DNA of 63,633 bases, the filler included, from Reticulomyxa filosa (lineage: Eukaryota; Protista; Foraminifera): NCBI GenBank assembly GCA_000512085.1. It is 18 parts of 18 records of this genome, joined end to end, with 100 filler letters (N's around TTAATTAATTAA, not from the genome) between each part and the next. Parts side by side here need not be neighbours in the genome. Positions count along the whole stretch, not along the records: positions 1 to 8,196 come from ASPP01036120.1; positions 8,297 to 18,574 come from ASPP01008950.1; 16 more parts are not named here. One strand, given 5' to 3'. Made by a program: the position numbers and the translations under genes. Shown here in pieces: positions 1 to 14,335 of this stretch; position 1 is the first letter of the stretch; every line of letters begins with the position of its first letter. The notes below the pieces were generated by a model. The model saw only the letters and a list, made by a program, of their open reading frames with translations, did not search any database and was not told the DNA's origin.

Positions 1-11
1 AAAAAAAAATG

Positions 12-554
12 CTAAACATTGATATTTGGTAAAGTAGTTGTCATCGGATTCGAAGTGGCGTAAAGAGGCTGTGTGCGCATGTAGGACATCGATGGAACTT
101 GCATCGTTTGTGGATAATGCATTGGCATGCCAACACTCATTGCCATGCTACTCATACCCACGTACATACCCATGCTTGTGTTCATATTGAGAATAGACGT
201 AATGGTTGCATGATACGCACTGCTCGCGTTCGATGTCGGTCGATTGACCTCTGCCATCTTGGCCTCAAACTCTTGCTGCATTTCTTGCAGATGCAAGCCC
301 ATTTGTGATATTTGCTGCTTGATCAATTGCAAATCTTGCTTCAATGGATCTGATGCTGTCGCTGTGGTGTGAGCCTCAAACTCGTTCATCAAGTCCATTA
401 ATACTGGACCTGTTGATACATACTGCGACTCTGCTGGCAATGACGCAACACCCCCTTGTGTCATCCCTCCTAATTTATACACGTTGCCGTCTGCTAACAC
501 ATTCATTGCCCCTGAGGTCACCGTAGCCGAGTGCTGATAAGACCGTTGGATCAC
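12..554 (-). CDS. Hypothetical protein fragment (coiled-coil plus Met/Ser/Pro low-complexity region)
   Basis: 180-codon ORF with higher GC than its flanks and a heptad-like segment LKQDLQLIKQQISQMGLHLQEMQQEFEAKM. Start is uncertain. Confidence 0.5.
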   Translation of the reverse strand: MIQRSYQHSATVTSGAMNVLADGNVYKLGGMTQGGVASLPAESQYVSTGPVLMDLMNEFEAHTTATASDPLKQDLQLIKQQISQMGLHLQEMQQEFEAKMAEVNRPTSNASSAYHATITSILNMNTSMGMYVGMSSMAMSVGMPMHYPQTMQVPSMSYMRTQPLYATSNPMTTTLPNINV

Positions 555-750
555 CGCATTGTGCGCTCATTGCACGAAAACCATCCATCATCTTTCGGTA
601 GTATGTTTATCTATCCCTTTGGGATACAAAACTGAATTTTTGAAAGATCCTTTGAATTTTATTCGCAACAGCGTAAGAATCTTGTCAAAGCAAAAACATA
701 AAACTGGTGAATCTCTAGTATTTTTTTTTCGTTCAATCTATTTGCGTCAC

Positions 751-2660
751 TCAACTGTCTAAAGAGTTTATTGAAAAAAAAAAAATACAAAAGTTCCACC
801 ACAGAAAAAATTTGGCAAATTTTTGTTTATACGTGAATTTTTTTTTTAATTTTGAAACATATAAACATGACAATATTGTTAAAAAATAAAATAAAGTATT
901 ACATGCGCACGAGTGTACATGCAAAATGCACCAGTATACGTAACGAGTAAGCAGGGGGATGGAAGAAAAAAAAAAGTACTGTATTGAAAAGTGTTGAACG
1001 AAAGAAGCACAAAATCGTAAGATTTCGTCGGCGATGACGTAGCCATCATAGTAAGAATGACGAAAGGAATTGTTAGGGATGCTGGGTTGAGCAAGTTTCC
1101 AGCGGTACAAAGTTTTGTTTTGATAAACACGAACAATATCATCAACGCAAGCATTCATTCCATATCCAAACATTATGTGCAACCATATCAACATTTTAAG
1201 CGGATCAAAAGCGGATTTTTGCGTTGCATTTACAGCGGCATATACGTCATCGTTAAATCGACGTTGGGACTTTAGTATATTGAATTCGTAGCGTTTGGAG
1301 GCAACATATTCGTCGTCGTAAAAACGAGTCAAATTGCAAACAATAATGCAATCGAGATTGACTAATTGAGCAATGTCAATGTTGCCCAAATAAATCGGAA
1401 TCTCTCCTCCCAACAATCCCGTGTAAATCTTTTCGCTGGTGTATCCATACGTAATCGTATTTTCAAAGTTGATCGAAAACTGAAAGTCGCAGAAACAAAG
1501 CGGCAACAAGTGGTGACTCGTCTTCGGACCATAATTTGTATATTTCGGATTGCGCACGTTGCACAACAGCGACGGATCTGTGCGCTGCTCCCATAAAGGG
1601 GATTGATACCCACCGATATATGTACACTGCGGCAAATGCGAGTACCTCTGCAACAGTACGTACACCAACAAATGTCGGAACAATGAGCCCATATAATAGC
1701 GCGACGAATAAAACGTTTTCGTCAATATCGCACAAAAGTAATTTTTTTCATTGTTATTATTATTATTATTATTATTGTTATTATTGTTAGAAATGATCAA
1801 ATTGCTATAATTTATTACTTGATTGTATAACTTCTTTTGCAACGGCTTGAAACAGTAGGACATGTCCCTTTGGAATATTCCTTGAATCCACAGCACTTAT
1901 ACAGTCCTGTCTCGGCCATGACTTTGTACGTTGCAAATTTATATCTACGTCGTTGCAGTCTCGATTCCGGATATTGTTCATTTCGAATACTTCTACAATC
2001 TCTTCCATTATCAATAGCTAATTGTATTTCAATGTCAAATACTCTCTTTTCTTTTTTTTTTTTAAAAAAAAGTGCTTATTTTTTGAAACTCTTTCTTTCT
2101 ACACATACAAATATACATGTATATATAATATAATGGACGCAACAGAATATTGGAATCCCAATAAGGGTTGTTGATCCACTGCTTTAAATAACGTATATTT
2201 GTGGACGGCAACACACCGACAGCATGGCAGAAAACGGTATTGGACTTGGACGAAAGCAGTTGGTCCGATTGGTTGGAATAGTCTGAAGGGAGAGGGGCTT
2301 CGACAGGAAAAGTTGGAGTGACTCCGATTTATTCTGTTTGTACCAACTCATGTAATATGGCTTCACATGTTTGACGATCTGGCTGCAATCCACCGAGAAA
2401 ATCCATTAGAATTTGTCTTTTGTCACGTCCAGTTGTGTCAATTGCTGCTTCGTAAAATCCAACAAGTCTTGGTGTGAGTAGTTGCCGGATTCATACGTGC
2501 GAGATAACCATGTGTCAATTGCTATAGTGTGCACTTCCCAATGCTGGTTTGACACTTGCAAACTCTCCATCCATTGCTTACTGTCCACAAATGCCTTGCT
2601 ATGCGAATATCTTTGAGTTGGGCATTCACCTAGTAATAAATAATAATGTGGACTCGCATC
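751..2660 (-). CDS. Glycosyltransferase family 10 (alpha-1,3/4-fucosyltransferase-like), intron-containing, possibly disrupted
   Basis: FQFSINFENTITYGYTSEKIYTGLLGGEIPIYLG matches the GT10 motif (YKFxLAFEN...YxTEK...GxxPIYxG). Upstream coding-like blocks lie at 2184-2660, with an in-frame TAA at 2406-2408. Ends are approximate. Confidence 0.8.
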
Positions 2661-3299
2661 TCTTTCTCGATTCTCATCGATTTTTTAATCATTGTTTTAA
2701 ATTATTTGTCATTTTTGTAATATGATAGTTAATGAATTTTATTTTACTTTTTATGGAAGTAGCAATTTTGTTAAGCATAAGTCGGTATTTGTGTTGTTAG
2801 CGGTTGTGTTATGTTTTTTACAAGCAGAAAAAAAAGTTGTATGCAAGAGCTGAAAAGAAGAAAGTGACTAATTATTTCGTATTAAACATAAAAGACAATA
2901 CTATAAAGTAATTCTTTCATTTTGTATTTTTCTTCTCGTTATTGTTAGCGAAATTATTGAATATTTCACTTATAGTTCCTTTTATCAAAAAGTCAATCAA
3001 AAGGGCAATGATTTCTTGAAGATAACATTAAACAACAGTTGTATTTTTTTATCATTGATTGCTATGACATCAATTTCTTAGCATCAATTTGAGAGAAAAA
3101 TTAAAAGAAATGATAAGTTTCCAAATTTTTCTGTAATATCTCTTGTCTTGCATCGTACGAGGGAAAAATCACTTAATTTGTTAAAATGAAGTAAACATGA
3201 AGCAAAAAAAGCAACTGGGTCTTAAGTATGAACCAAAGCGAGACCTTTTTTTTTCCTCAAATAGCATAATGTTTTGATATATAATATTCCAAATATAGA

Positions 3300-6200
3300 T
3301 GAAAAGATTGGAAAGGAAAAATGACACAGGTGTTAGAAGAAAGACAGTAAGATTCATGTCTCACGTATTAAACATTTCGGATTGATAAACATGTTGTAAA
3401 CACAACGATGAAAATAGGAAGTGACAATACTTGAAGCCCTTGAAAAGACAGATACGAACAAAGATGGACAAGTTAGCTGGAGTGAATTTAATCAATGATG
3501 ACTCAATTTATAGGCAATGTTAATATTGCATTTTGTATTTTGCATACCTATTGTGCATAACTCATTGAATCTCCCAGCAACAAATAAATAACAAATTGTA
3601 ACTTTGGATTTTTTAATTTGGTTGTGATTTTCGAACATTTTCCGAAACAAATAAGTTATTATTATTATGATTGTTGTTGTTATTACATAGCTATCACAAC
3701 AGCCAAGCTCGAAAGAAGAAGCAGCCAGTGCGACGGAGCTGAAAAATCAAGTACTGTTTGTTTGCATTATTCTGTTGTGTTTGACTTGGAAATGGATATA
3801 TAAATACAACACATTTGAAAGACCGAAATGGACGATATCAAAAGTCGATTCGAAAAATTCGACAGGTTTGTGTTGGAGAGGGAGATGGTACAAAAAAAAA
3901 AGGGGAGGATCAATGAATTTTTTCTTTATGTGTTAAAGTTTTTGGAAACGGGGCATGTTTGAATAGCGATGGAGACGGCAAAATTGATTTGCCTGAGTTG
4001 AAGTCTCTTCAATCTTTGGTAATTATATATATATACATACATATAAGTATATGTATAACATATATAATTTGCGTTTGCTTATTTTGATTGGAACTGAAAC
4101 AAGTACAAAGACGAGATCATAAAGGGCGTGGAAGAAGTGTTCAAAAAGATCGATAAGGGCGAATCGAAAGACTTTGAGTACAAAACCGATGCGCTTGGGA
4201 AATTCCAAACAGCGATTGATGAGTTCAAAAAGAAGAAAAATCGACTTCCCAACGCGACCAAGTTTTTGCGATACTGGAGAGCCGCCTTTGAAGACCAAGA
4301 AACAGAGGTGGACACTGGCATGTACGCGCAGTTGTCGGGGGTATACAAGGATGCAAAGGAGCTGGCCATGCAATTGAAACATAGAACCGACGATGTGTTG
4401 CAAACAAAGTTGTTGGACTCGAAGACCAAAGCAACTCTGCGAGACCTGTGGAAATGGATTGAAGAAAAGGGGCTTACCACCTTGCAAAAGTCGCAAGATA
4501 ACGACGAGGAACTCGACAAGCTGAGGCAACAGTGTGATGTTCTTTCTCAAGAGCATGCTTCACAAAAGACATCATTGGAGACACAAATGAAAATTGTATA
4601 TTTATTTATTTATTTTGATTAATTAAAACAATAAAAAATAAAAATAAAAATAATGAAATCATTGATATAGTCAGCAGAATTGGAAAAACAGCTTCTTAAC
4701 TCGCGTATTGAAGTAGAGCAATTGAAGGACCAATTACAAAGTTTTGCGGAAAACCAAGAGATCTTCCAAACCATTGAACAGCAGCTGACTCCACTGGAAA
4801 CTGATGTAAAGCAAAAGGATCAGAACTTGAATCTCGCCCAAAAAAGCTGGAAGATGTGCGCAAGCCTTCAATTCGTGTTGTGAAGAAAACCAAATGCTCA
4901 AAAGCCAACTCAATTATCTTAACGTTGTCACCGACAAATTGGGCAGAGCCCGAAGTGCTTTGGAATCTACTAATCAAGTTTTTATCTATTAAATAAATAA
5001 ATATGTATATATAAATATTTATATATTTATATACACATGTGCATATTGTATAATTAAAAAAAAAATTTACAATACAAAAACGTCTCCAAGCAGACTCATG
5101 GATTCAACGACAATAAACCAGGTCCGCCTAAGTCCTTTGCCGAGCCCAATTGTCAAAGACACGACCAGCACCAGCGCAATGCTGTTTGCCATCAACGAGC
5201 AGCGAGTGCGAATATCAACAACGTGCAAAGAACTCGCTCGCGTAGCATGATACAGGCCTTCCCTACCAATGACTTGGAGGAGGACATTAACGCAAATTAC
5301 ATCTACCGTACAGGATCGCCATCACCGAGAATATCTACGTTCAGTTGTTGTTTTTATGTGCGTGTGTGTATGTGTTTGTAATGCAAGAGAAGAGAAAGCT
5401 ATAAAAAGGTATTCCAAATAAAATAAAATTTAAAAAAAAAAAAAAAAGACGACAAAATGATCGCGATGACAAATTTGGTCAAAAAATACTAATGTTGAGA
5501 ATAATACGAAAAGACGTGAACGCGTTGAAACAAAGCAAACACTTGCCTCTTGTGGCAGAATATCAAGAGGTATGTTCACAATTCAAGTCTGTTCAACTTT
5601 GCATGATATAATGGAGAGAGAATGAGATTGGGAATGGGGATGGCAGGAAAGAAGGTAGGCAAAGAGTCAATGGACCAAAACGAACTGATTGATATCTTGC
5701 AAAATATAAAACCGGTCCTAGACATACAAGAAAACAACCAAGACCCTTCCGGTGTTAGCTCCAAAGTTGATGACTTGAAAGAGTACATTCGAGGCTCTAT
5801 TGACAAGTTGCCCCTACAATTGCAAACTACTCACTCGGCTCCTGTTCGCATTACGCTCTTACACTTATTTTATTTTGAAAAAAAAAACAATACGTACATA
5901 AAAATAAATCACTCCCGTTGCAAACTGCTAACAAAAAAAAAAGACAAGAGAAGACACCAAGTCGAAGATAGAAACGTACGGCAACGAAGAGTAAATACAA
6001 ATCGAAATAGTGCTAGATATGATCGAAACAAATAACAAAACGAAAAAACAAGCTGCGCTTGAAGACACTGAGTCGCTCAAAGAGACAAAACCAAAATAGA
6101 AAAGGTAATGGAAGAAAAAATATCGGAAACTACAAAGACTGATGCCAATACGAATGGAACATCCATTAACAACACCAATCAGGTATTACTTGCTTTTTTT

Positions 6201-7990
6201 TTTAAAAAAAAATAAATTATCATGTTATCCTTATTGAAAGAGAAATCAATACACACAGATTAGTGATTCGTTGGAAAACTCACCACGTCGTTAGATAAAT
6301 CGATCAAGCAATTCAATAGCATGATGGATACAATGAATAGTCGAATTGCAGTTTGTAATATTGTGATCTTTGTACCTTTTTATGCGTGTTTTTTAACGAA
6401 CGGGAAAACGCGGAATTATAAAAAAAAAACAAATGTACATGATAACGTAAATAGTAAACACAACAAATGATGAAACAACAACTAGACGTGTTTTTGAGGC
6501 AATCGCCGCAAAATAAATTTACAACCATTGACCAACAGGTCAAATCTACCAATGATGAAATGACAAGCAAAATGGAGGAGTTGCAAAACAAACTAAACGA
6601 ATTGATGCTGAGCCAAAAGCAAGTTGCTGCAACAGCCAACGAAGCAGACGAAAGATCCATTTCTGAAATTTTGAAAAATTTGGAAGTTGCTTACAAAACA
6701 AATGAAGATATTAAAACGTTGATTGAATCAAATTCAAGAACATTTACAGTTTGTTTATAATAAAATAATAATAATTATTGCTATTATTATTGCCTAAAAA
6801 AAAATAGAGCGAATTAGCGTTATTGTCTACCAAATTGTTACAAGAAATAGAAAAAAACTTGGAAAAATCCAAAGAAATTTCTCAAAGCAATGAACATAGA
6901 ACTGTTTTGACGCAAATTATAAATTGTTTTGGATTGGATTGTTAAATCTTGACGTATGTGTGTGTTGTATGGGGAAAAAACTACAGGAAGAAGAAAGAAA
7001 ACAGCCAACGGAAGATCTAAATGATCTGGAAAAGACAATAGATAGTTGGTTTGCAAATTTGTCTGCGATCCTTTCCAACCGTGAAACGGATAAAGATACA
7101 GATAGCACAAAGACATTGGATAACGTTCAAAGAGAAGTGCAATAATTGAGGGAATCAGTGCAAGAACAAAATCAACAATTGCAATTGATACTGCAACAAG
7201 AACACAAAGAAATCACACTACAAAATCTCGAGTCTTTTGATTCTCATCTCCAAACTGTTTTGAACAAGCTGTTGGATGCTTGTACCTTCTTGAAGATAGC
7301 ACAAAGGGCATCTTCCACTGAATTTGAACAAATGTCGTGGCTGAAACAGTTTGTTTTTATTTAAAAAAAAAAATGAATAACACATTATACGTATACTATA
7401 TACAATACATAATATGTGTACATAAACATATATACGATATATCAATATTATGACAACAAACTCTCTTAGCCAAGGCAACTACTTGCAATTGATATTTCCC
7501 AGCTGGAAACAAACATTGAACTTTGCTTTCAAAGAGTTGCGTCATTTCTGGGACGCCCTTGGAATATAGATGTAAAGACCATAAGGAAAAATGTCATATG
7601 ATCTAAAGTATTGTAAGCAAGAAGCAATGTCACGTGAAGCTGCAGTAGACGAAGAAAGACTCACACAAAATGTTTCTCAAGCGATGACAAAACAAATCAG
7701 CACAACTCTGACTGAATTACTGCAACATCACATAGACCAGGTCACATACGCAGTCAACCAGCAATTCAAATCTTTCAAATACTTTCGCAATACTACTGTC
7801 ATTCTTATGATCCTTGCGTTTTCCGCTGCATGTGTATTCTCTTATGTCTATCTTATTTTATGTATTTCAAAAAAAAAAAATCAAATTTTATTAACACTAT
7901 TATTGGGGTTGTGGAATAAATAAATATTATTAACAAAAATTTATTTGTTAGATACAAAAGTATTAGACGTATTACTTAATGTTATGTATG
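3300..7990 (+). CDS. Multi-exon EF-hand plus long coiled-coil protein with C-terminal TM helix (several frameshifts and one in-frame stop)
   Basis: EF loops DTNKDGQVSWSEF (~3451) and DSDGDGKIDLPEL (across intron 3866-3966). Many coiled-coil exons at 4128-7750, then hydrophobic TTVILMILAFSAACVFSY near 7800. Confidence 0.6.
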
Positions 7991-8057
7991 TAAACAAGAT
8001 CCAAAAGCCAGAACAAAATATAATGTATTTTTATCTTTTTTTTTACCAACCTTATAA

Positions 8058-8196
8058 ATATATAATGTAAAAAAAATTAATAAGTAAAGTTATACTTATT
8101 ATTATAAAAAAACAAAAAAAAATAAGTAAAGTTATACTTATTTTTATATAACATATAATGTAAAAAAGTAATAAAGAAAGTTATCTTTATTATTAT
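8058..8196. repeat. Short degenerate AT-rich direct repeats
   Basis: Three copies of AATAAGTAAAGTTATACTTATT-like sequence (~8078, 8121, 8170) and two copies of ATATAATGTAAAAAA. Confidence 0.55.
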
Positions 8197-8296
8197 NNNN
8201 NNNNNNNNNNNNNNNNNNNNNNNNNNNNNNNNNNNNNNNNTTAATTAATTAANNNNNNNNNNNNNNNNNNNNNNNNNNNNNNNNNNNNNNNNNNNN
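8197..8296. other. Artificial contig-joining spacer N44-TTAATTAATTAA-N44 (first of 17)
   Basis: Identical 100-nt spacer with stops in all frames. It also starts at 18575, 20250, 21720, 27094, 29822, 31062, 40651, 42022, 43342, 45038, 46751, 48135, 54332, 55464, 61115 and 62349. Confidence 0.98.
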
Positions 8297-8341
8297 TTTT
8301 TTTTTTTTTTGGGGAAAAAAAAAAAAAAAAAAAAAAAAAAG

Positions 8342-11300
8342 ATGTGCGATCCTGAACGACTCAAACGACAAAACCAATTGTTACAAAGTCGATTAAAGGG
8401 AGACCACAAAGACAAAGATAAAGATAAAGATAGCAAAGGCACTTGCAGTATCGACCCCGACACCAAAGCAAACAATGAGGTGGATACAGAAACGGCGATC
8501 GTGGAGAGGGCGATGGAACAAAATGAGAGGACGATGACGTCGAACCGAAGACAACTATTTGAGTGCAATGTCGACTTGGCGAGGTATTGGATGATCCGTG
8601 ATCACTGGTCGACGGCGTGGTCGTACTATCAGAAGGCGCTTCAATTCCAAAGCTCGGCGGAAGAAAGCAAGACAGTTGTGAAGAAAGAAAACGAGAACGA
8701 TAATCACAATGAGAATGAGAATGAACACAGCAGCTGGGATCGATCTCACGAACCACAGTCTAGTATGTCTAACAAGTACGATGTGAGCACAGTCAAACAC
8801 GAACTGGACTTTGCACAGTACATGTGCGACACCTTAGACTTGAAGAAATGGGCCGACAATCAATGTCTTTCCAACGTGGACGGCAATCTCAATCCCAATC
8901 CCAATCCCACTCTCAACCCCAATCCCAAATTTGATCCGATACAATGTGATACTACTAACGTTGAACCGCTCCCACAGCCACAGTCACAGTCACATTGGAC
9001 AGAGTCGTCCATGGCACAACGTTTCTTTGTCAAATGCGAAGCCATGTTGCTCAATGCCGAAACCACTGTTCCGGCATTCAAATGTGCATTGGATGAATGT
9101 TTGCATTGTTTCACTACAGTTTTTTTTTTTTTTTTTAAATGACCAAATTATATACAATGTCTTTGCAATTTTTTATTTATGTATTATGTATGCATACGTA
9201 CACGTACATATTGGTTTGAGAGTCTATTGTATTCAACTATTTTTTTTTGAAACTGAATAAACAGACAAAAGGGAGGGGTGATTGATTACAAATCAAATAA
9301 AAAAGATATGCGACGCACTGAGCAGTACCAAAGAGTCGAACAACGTGATGTCAAAAATGCTGGAGGAAATGGTGAGTTTGACGTGGACATTGATGGGGAC
9401 GATCAGCAAGAAGTTTGTGACCACGGTGTTATCAATTCAGGAAATGAAGTCGGACAAAAAAATAATCGATGAAATGTTCTTTGACGAAATGTATTTCACC
9501 GTTTGGAACACACGAATCAAAGAGCTTTTAGCAAATGTTCGACACTCACGACATGGACTTTGCAGCAACGACAATGGCAATGACAATGGCGAGAAATACA
9601 TGACACGAATGCAAGACCAACTTACTGTGGGCGACATTGTGGTCCAAATGGTCATACCGAATTTCTGTCAGTCTCGCTCTTCTTCGTCCTTCTTTGATTG
9701 CATTGTCGCACCCTTGCCTGAACTTTGGGCGCGTTCCGAATACCCGTCGTCGCTGTTGGATCGTCTCAATGAGTTCTTGGATCAATGCGTCTTTGGCGTC
9801 GGAGATTGGAGCGCGATCGATCCCAGTCAGCACATCTTTCCACACAGAATTCTCCTCAGCGTCAGGGCCGTCTATTATCACATCTTTGGATCCATCGTCA
9901 CCACCATGTGCAAAAACAAACAAACCGACGCACAAGTGGTCGTTACAACCCTTGCTTACTTTCAAAGTTTTTTTTTTTTAGTGTGTCTTATCTATTTGTA
10001 TTCATATTGTAATGTGTGCGTCGTGTGTATGTGTAAATGTATATACAAGACACTCCCTTTTTTTTTTGGGGGCGGGGGGGGGGGGGGGGACCAAATAATG
10101 GAATAGAGTACTCGAATGTGTGCCAAGTAATGGACATATCATTTGCAAAAACGGCGCTACATAAAATAGTTGAAAACAACAAAGTACAAATGGAAACAGA
10201 AAACAAGCACAAACTGACCAATGAAACCACAATCACATTAAATCCAAGAGATCCTCGCTGTGCTCCGTTTGTAACTTGCAATGGACAAAAACACGCCATT
10301 GTGGAAATATTAACGCAACTCCATTCTAACCGTGAATTGGTTGGTTGTGTTTTGTTTTTTTTTTGAAAACGGAATGAAGGAATATATATATATATATATA
10401 TATATTGTGAACACTCACTTTACTATTTTATATTGTTATTATGAAAAATAAATGAATAAATAAAATAAACAAATAAACAAATAAATAAATGAAAGGATAA
10501 GGTGCAAATGGGTATCGAGTACTGCACAGATGTGTTTATGGAATACTTGTGGCATAACAATCGACGTTATCTTGTGTGCAAAGAAATATTGACTCAATTT
10601 CCCACAGATAAGCTGTCAATTTCACCCGAATCGAAGCATAACGCTGCCGTTGCTTTGGCTTGTAGTGCAATGTACGAAAGTAATAGTAACAACGAATATA
10701 AGCTATTGACGCACATGCTCGGCTTGGTTCAGAACAAGTCGTCTGTTCGAAATTTGGTGAGTCATCATATTTACAAATATATACATATAAATATATATTT
10801 ATTTATGTTTATATTTATATTTAAATATAATTTGTACTGAATAGGAATGTGTACTATTATGTGCAAGCGAGCCTTTGCGCTTGAATGACAGTCCTTTTGA
10901 CTTGCAAAGTTCGAATAACCGACTGAACGTCAAATACTTGACCCACTTCGAGACGCTGGTATGTGGTGACTGGTATGAGAAATGGAAACACCAGTTGTCA
11001 CAAGTGAGAGATGAAAAGACGCTGGCGAAACAACAGTTGACAGCCTCGCAGTCCTCACTGCCTTTCGATCCTATTTTGACACAACGACTTGATGACGTCA
11101 AGAAATGCGTCGCTATGGCGCAATTTCTTTATCACTGGTGTCGATACATTCACGTTTTATTTGTCGATACCAAAGCTACTCCAAACAATACCATTCCAGT
11201 TTGTTTGTTTGTTTTATTTGTTTTCTAAGAACTCAAACAATCAATCATAGCAATGATGTTTTTTTTATATGTACATACACATATATATAAATATACATAT

Positions 11301-12860
11301 GTGTATATGTGCACAACCCAACACAGTGCTTTTTGAGATTATTGCAATGTATAATGCACTTGATCAAGTTGAAGCAAGTCAAATGGTGTTGCAATTGGTT
11401 CCACCGAACACGCTATGTAACCGGGCCACACATTTTCAATAAAATTCGTGTATTGTTGTACATGCTGCAACGAGTATGTGAGAGTAAGTTCCAGACTAAA
11501 CCTCTGTCCATCGACATACCTTTTTTTTTTTTTTTCAAATTTATTTGTTTAAGCCGATAAAAGAGAAACTTGGACTTGGGTGTGATGAACGGAATAACCA
11601 TTATCAATTAAAAAAAAAAAAAAAAAAAGAACAAAATGCTGCAAAATGAAGAAAAGTTTTTATCCAAATACATGATCGAAGAATACAAAAAAGGATGGAT
11701 GGACGAACTATTAATAAAGTGGATTCAGCAAAAGTGTCAATCTTCGTTGTTGTCGTTAAGTAGTCAAGGGCCATCCATTGTGTCCACAAAAGGAGAAAAA
11801 AAAAAAAAAAGACAAAGTAAACAACAATGGAAATGCAATGGTGTTGTAAAATAGACATGTCCGAAGGTATTACAAAGGCCTATTTGCAGTGTGTGTGGAA
11901 ACGTGGGAATTGGAATTGCATCTTGTTATTTCCAAATTGAAAGTGGCCGACAAAAACAACAACTTGAAAGAGTTGCATGACCTCTTTCCTGTTTGCGAAA
12001 AGACCCTGTTATGTCTGGCGAGCACTTTGTTTCAAAGTGAGCAAATTAGTCGATGTTTGAAGTTACTTACTCTTCATTAAACCTTACGTAAATCTCTTTA
12101 CATATATCAGGTCGTCCAAAGTTAAGAGAACAGGAGAGGGGGGAATTTGTATCGATGTGGTGTTATTAGTGTGTTGCTAAGCTGCGGCTCTTTCTTGGAT
12201 AATACACAAGTTGTGACTGTAGAAGACGACCACAAACAAGTCTCATTTCGACGTGTTATTCGCGAATTCCCGTATCTTTTGGACTTGTCTCATAATCATT
12301 CTTTGACCATTGTACTGGTAATATTTTGCTTGATTAAATTGAACAGTTTTGTCTTGCACTTTTTTTTTTTTTTTTTTCCTTCTCTCGTTATTGTCTTTTG
12401 ATGTGCCATATTTGATATCATACCTCCACACACATACCAAGGACTGTTTGAAGCTTTTCTGCTGCTTCAAACGTGCGAATACAAAGGCCGAGTTCAAGAT
12501 GCTTTGGGTGTATTATCCAATAAAGAATTTGAATTACCCTCCTATCTTGACATTGTTGCTACGATACCATGGTTTTATGAACCTGTTCTTTTATGTGCAT
12601 TACAACGTTAAGATACATTGGCTTTTGTTCATTGTCGTAAATATCTTTATTGTTATTTTTGTGTCTTTGAACAGACAAATTTCGAGAAAATGAAATCGTT
12701 TCTGAAGAGTTAACAAATTATCTCGAATCTTGTCAGATGGGACGAAGTTGGAATTCAAAAAAACGACAATACTTGATTGGTTGATACAAAGGCTACAAGA
12801 AATACAAAAACAAATGACTTAAAGCGTTTCCAGTTTTTATGAATTACTTTTTAAAATTCA
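8342..12860 (+). CDS. Large multi-exon alpha-helical/TPR-like protein (weak resemblance to Integrator subunit 8)
   Basis: Series of + strand exons (8342-9119, ~9280-9966, ~10100-10339, 10496-10756, 10845-11198 and onward) separated by GT..AG introns. TPR-like ECNVDLARYWMIRDHWSTAWSYYQKAL. Family assignment is speculative. Confidence 0.55.
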
Positions 12861-13513
12861 TCTTGGTAGATTAGCTACTTTTTATACATTGCCACACTTT
12901 TTTTATATCAAAGATAAACGCCAATATAACTTATTTATTAGTGTTACTAATTCACTGAAATACGTGGTGATATTTCGATTTTTTAAAAAACAAAGAATTT
13001 GATATACTATGTCCAGCAGAAAAAATAATAACAATAGGAAAATCAAGCTGGTTTGTTGAGTATTTTTTAGATTTTTTGCTTATTCGGCAAAAAAATTTTA
13101 CTCACTGCTTGAAAAAGTGAAAAATCTTTTATAGAAGTAATGCTATTTAACCTAAAGTTTAATATGAATAGATTATCTTTTAAACAAGTCAACAAAATAA
13201 AAATAATCCAAACACACAAAAAATAAAGTGTGCTCTATTTTTAATTGAAATTAAACACTTGATTGGCTAATGTCTAACAAAACTTGGTGTTCCCTTTAAA
13301 AACACTTAACTGCACAACAAAAAGATTTTTGAAATTGAAGCGACACACCTTTTTTAGTTTTAGTGTCATTGATTCGATATAATCTTAGTCTGGGATCCCA
13401 TCCGTTTAAAGTAAAACTAAGTGATGGACAGTGTTTGGGTAAGTTTAACGAAAAAAACGTAATTGAGTCTTCTAGGAAGTTAGGGCAAGAGTTTTTCAAG
13501 TAAATACAAATGA

Positions 13514-13948
13514 GACAATATCAATGATCCAACAAATAAAAAAAAGGATGAGAAGAATTCATGGGCAAACACATACAATGAGGACAATCGCCATAATTTG
13601 TATGGCAATACGGTATGGGCAGACTCTGACAAAACAGAGGCTGTGAATGCCGTCTTGTTAGAGCCACAAACTATGGATAACTCAAAAACAAAGAATAATT
13701 ACTCCAATACCAATTTGCCTACAAGTCCTCAAACAAACAGCGATTGTTGCTCAAGTACGAGCAAAGTGTTGTGGATTTTTATTGGTATTGCCGCTTTAGT
13801 CTTTGTGATTGGCATAATATTACTCTCCGGCAATAATTCGTCTCAAACTGGGGCTGGTGTCGGAATGCTGCTATGTGGACTCATCGCACTAATTTTATTT
13901 TGCTGCTGTGGGTTCAAAGTAATAGGCTGGTGTGAATGCAATAAGTGA
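13514..13948 (+). CDS. Small membrane protein with two TM helices and Cys clusters
   Basis: Open frame with VLWIFIGIAALVFVIGIILL and GVGMLLCGLIALILFCCCGF. Start codon is unclear. Confidence 0.6.
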   Translation, partial: DNINDPTNKKKDEKNSWANTYNEDNRHNLYGNTVWADSDKTEAVNAVLLEPQTMDNSKTKNNYSNTNLPTSPQTNSDCCSSTSKVLWIFIGIAALVFVIGIILLSGNNSSQTGAGVGMLLCGLIALILFCCCGFKVIGWCECNK

Positions 13949-14335
13949 CTACGATTGATTTATTTTGTTCTGTCATGAGTGTAATAGTTTAATTTTTTTT
14001 TTTCCTGCTTTCCTTCTCTTAAAAAGTCGTTTTACCCATTGTATTTCCAAAGCTTCTTTTTTTTAAAAAAAACAAAATTTCACATGTTGAAATCAACTCA
14101 ATACAGTAATATTTCACCCGATGCAATGCTTTTCAAAAATGTTTGGGACACAAATGGACACTGAACTTTTTGTCTGTTGGCCCCTTTTACAATGGAATTT
14201 TAACAAGCCATTTTCTTACAATGCAAAGCAAAAAATAAAACTGTTTATTTGACATTGAATTTATTGGGTATATGTAGATCCTCAAAAATCCCAATTTTTT
14301 TTTTTTTTTTTTCCAGTTTGTGTTTGACTTCTGAA

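Noticed and set aside
2406-7145. Genome-wide ciliate-type TAA=Gln code
   Set aside because: TAA ends the Rab, caspase, EEP and PEX11 genes, and long conserved ORFs lack internal TAA/TAG.
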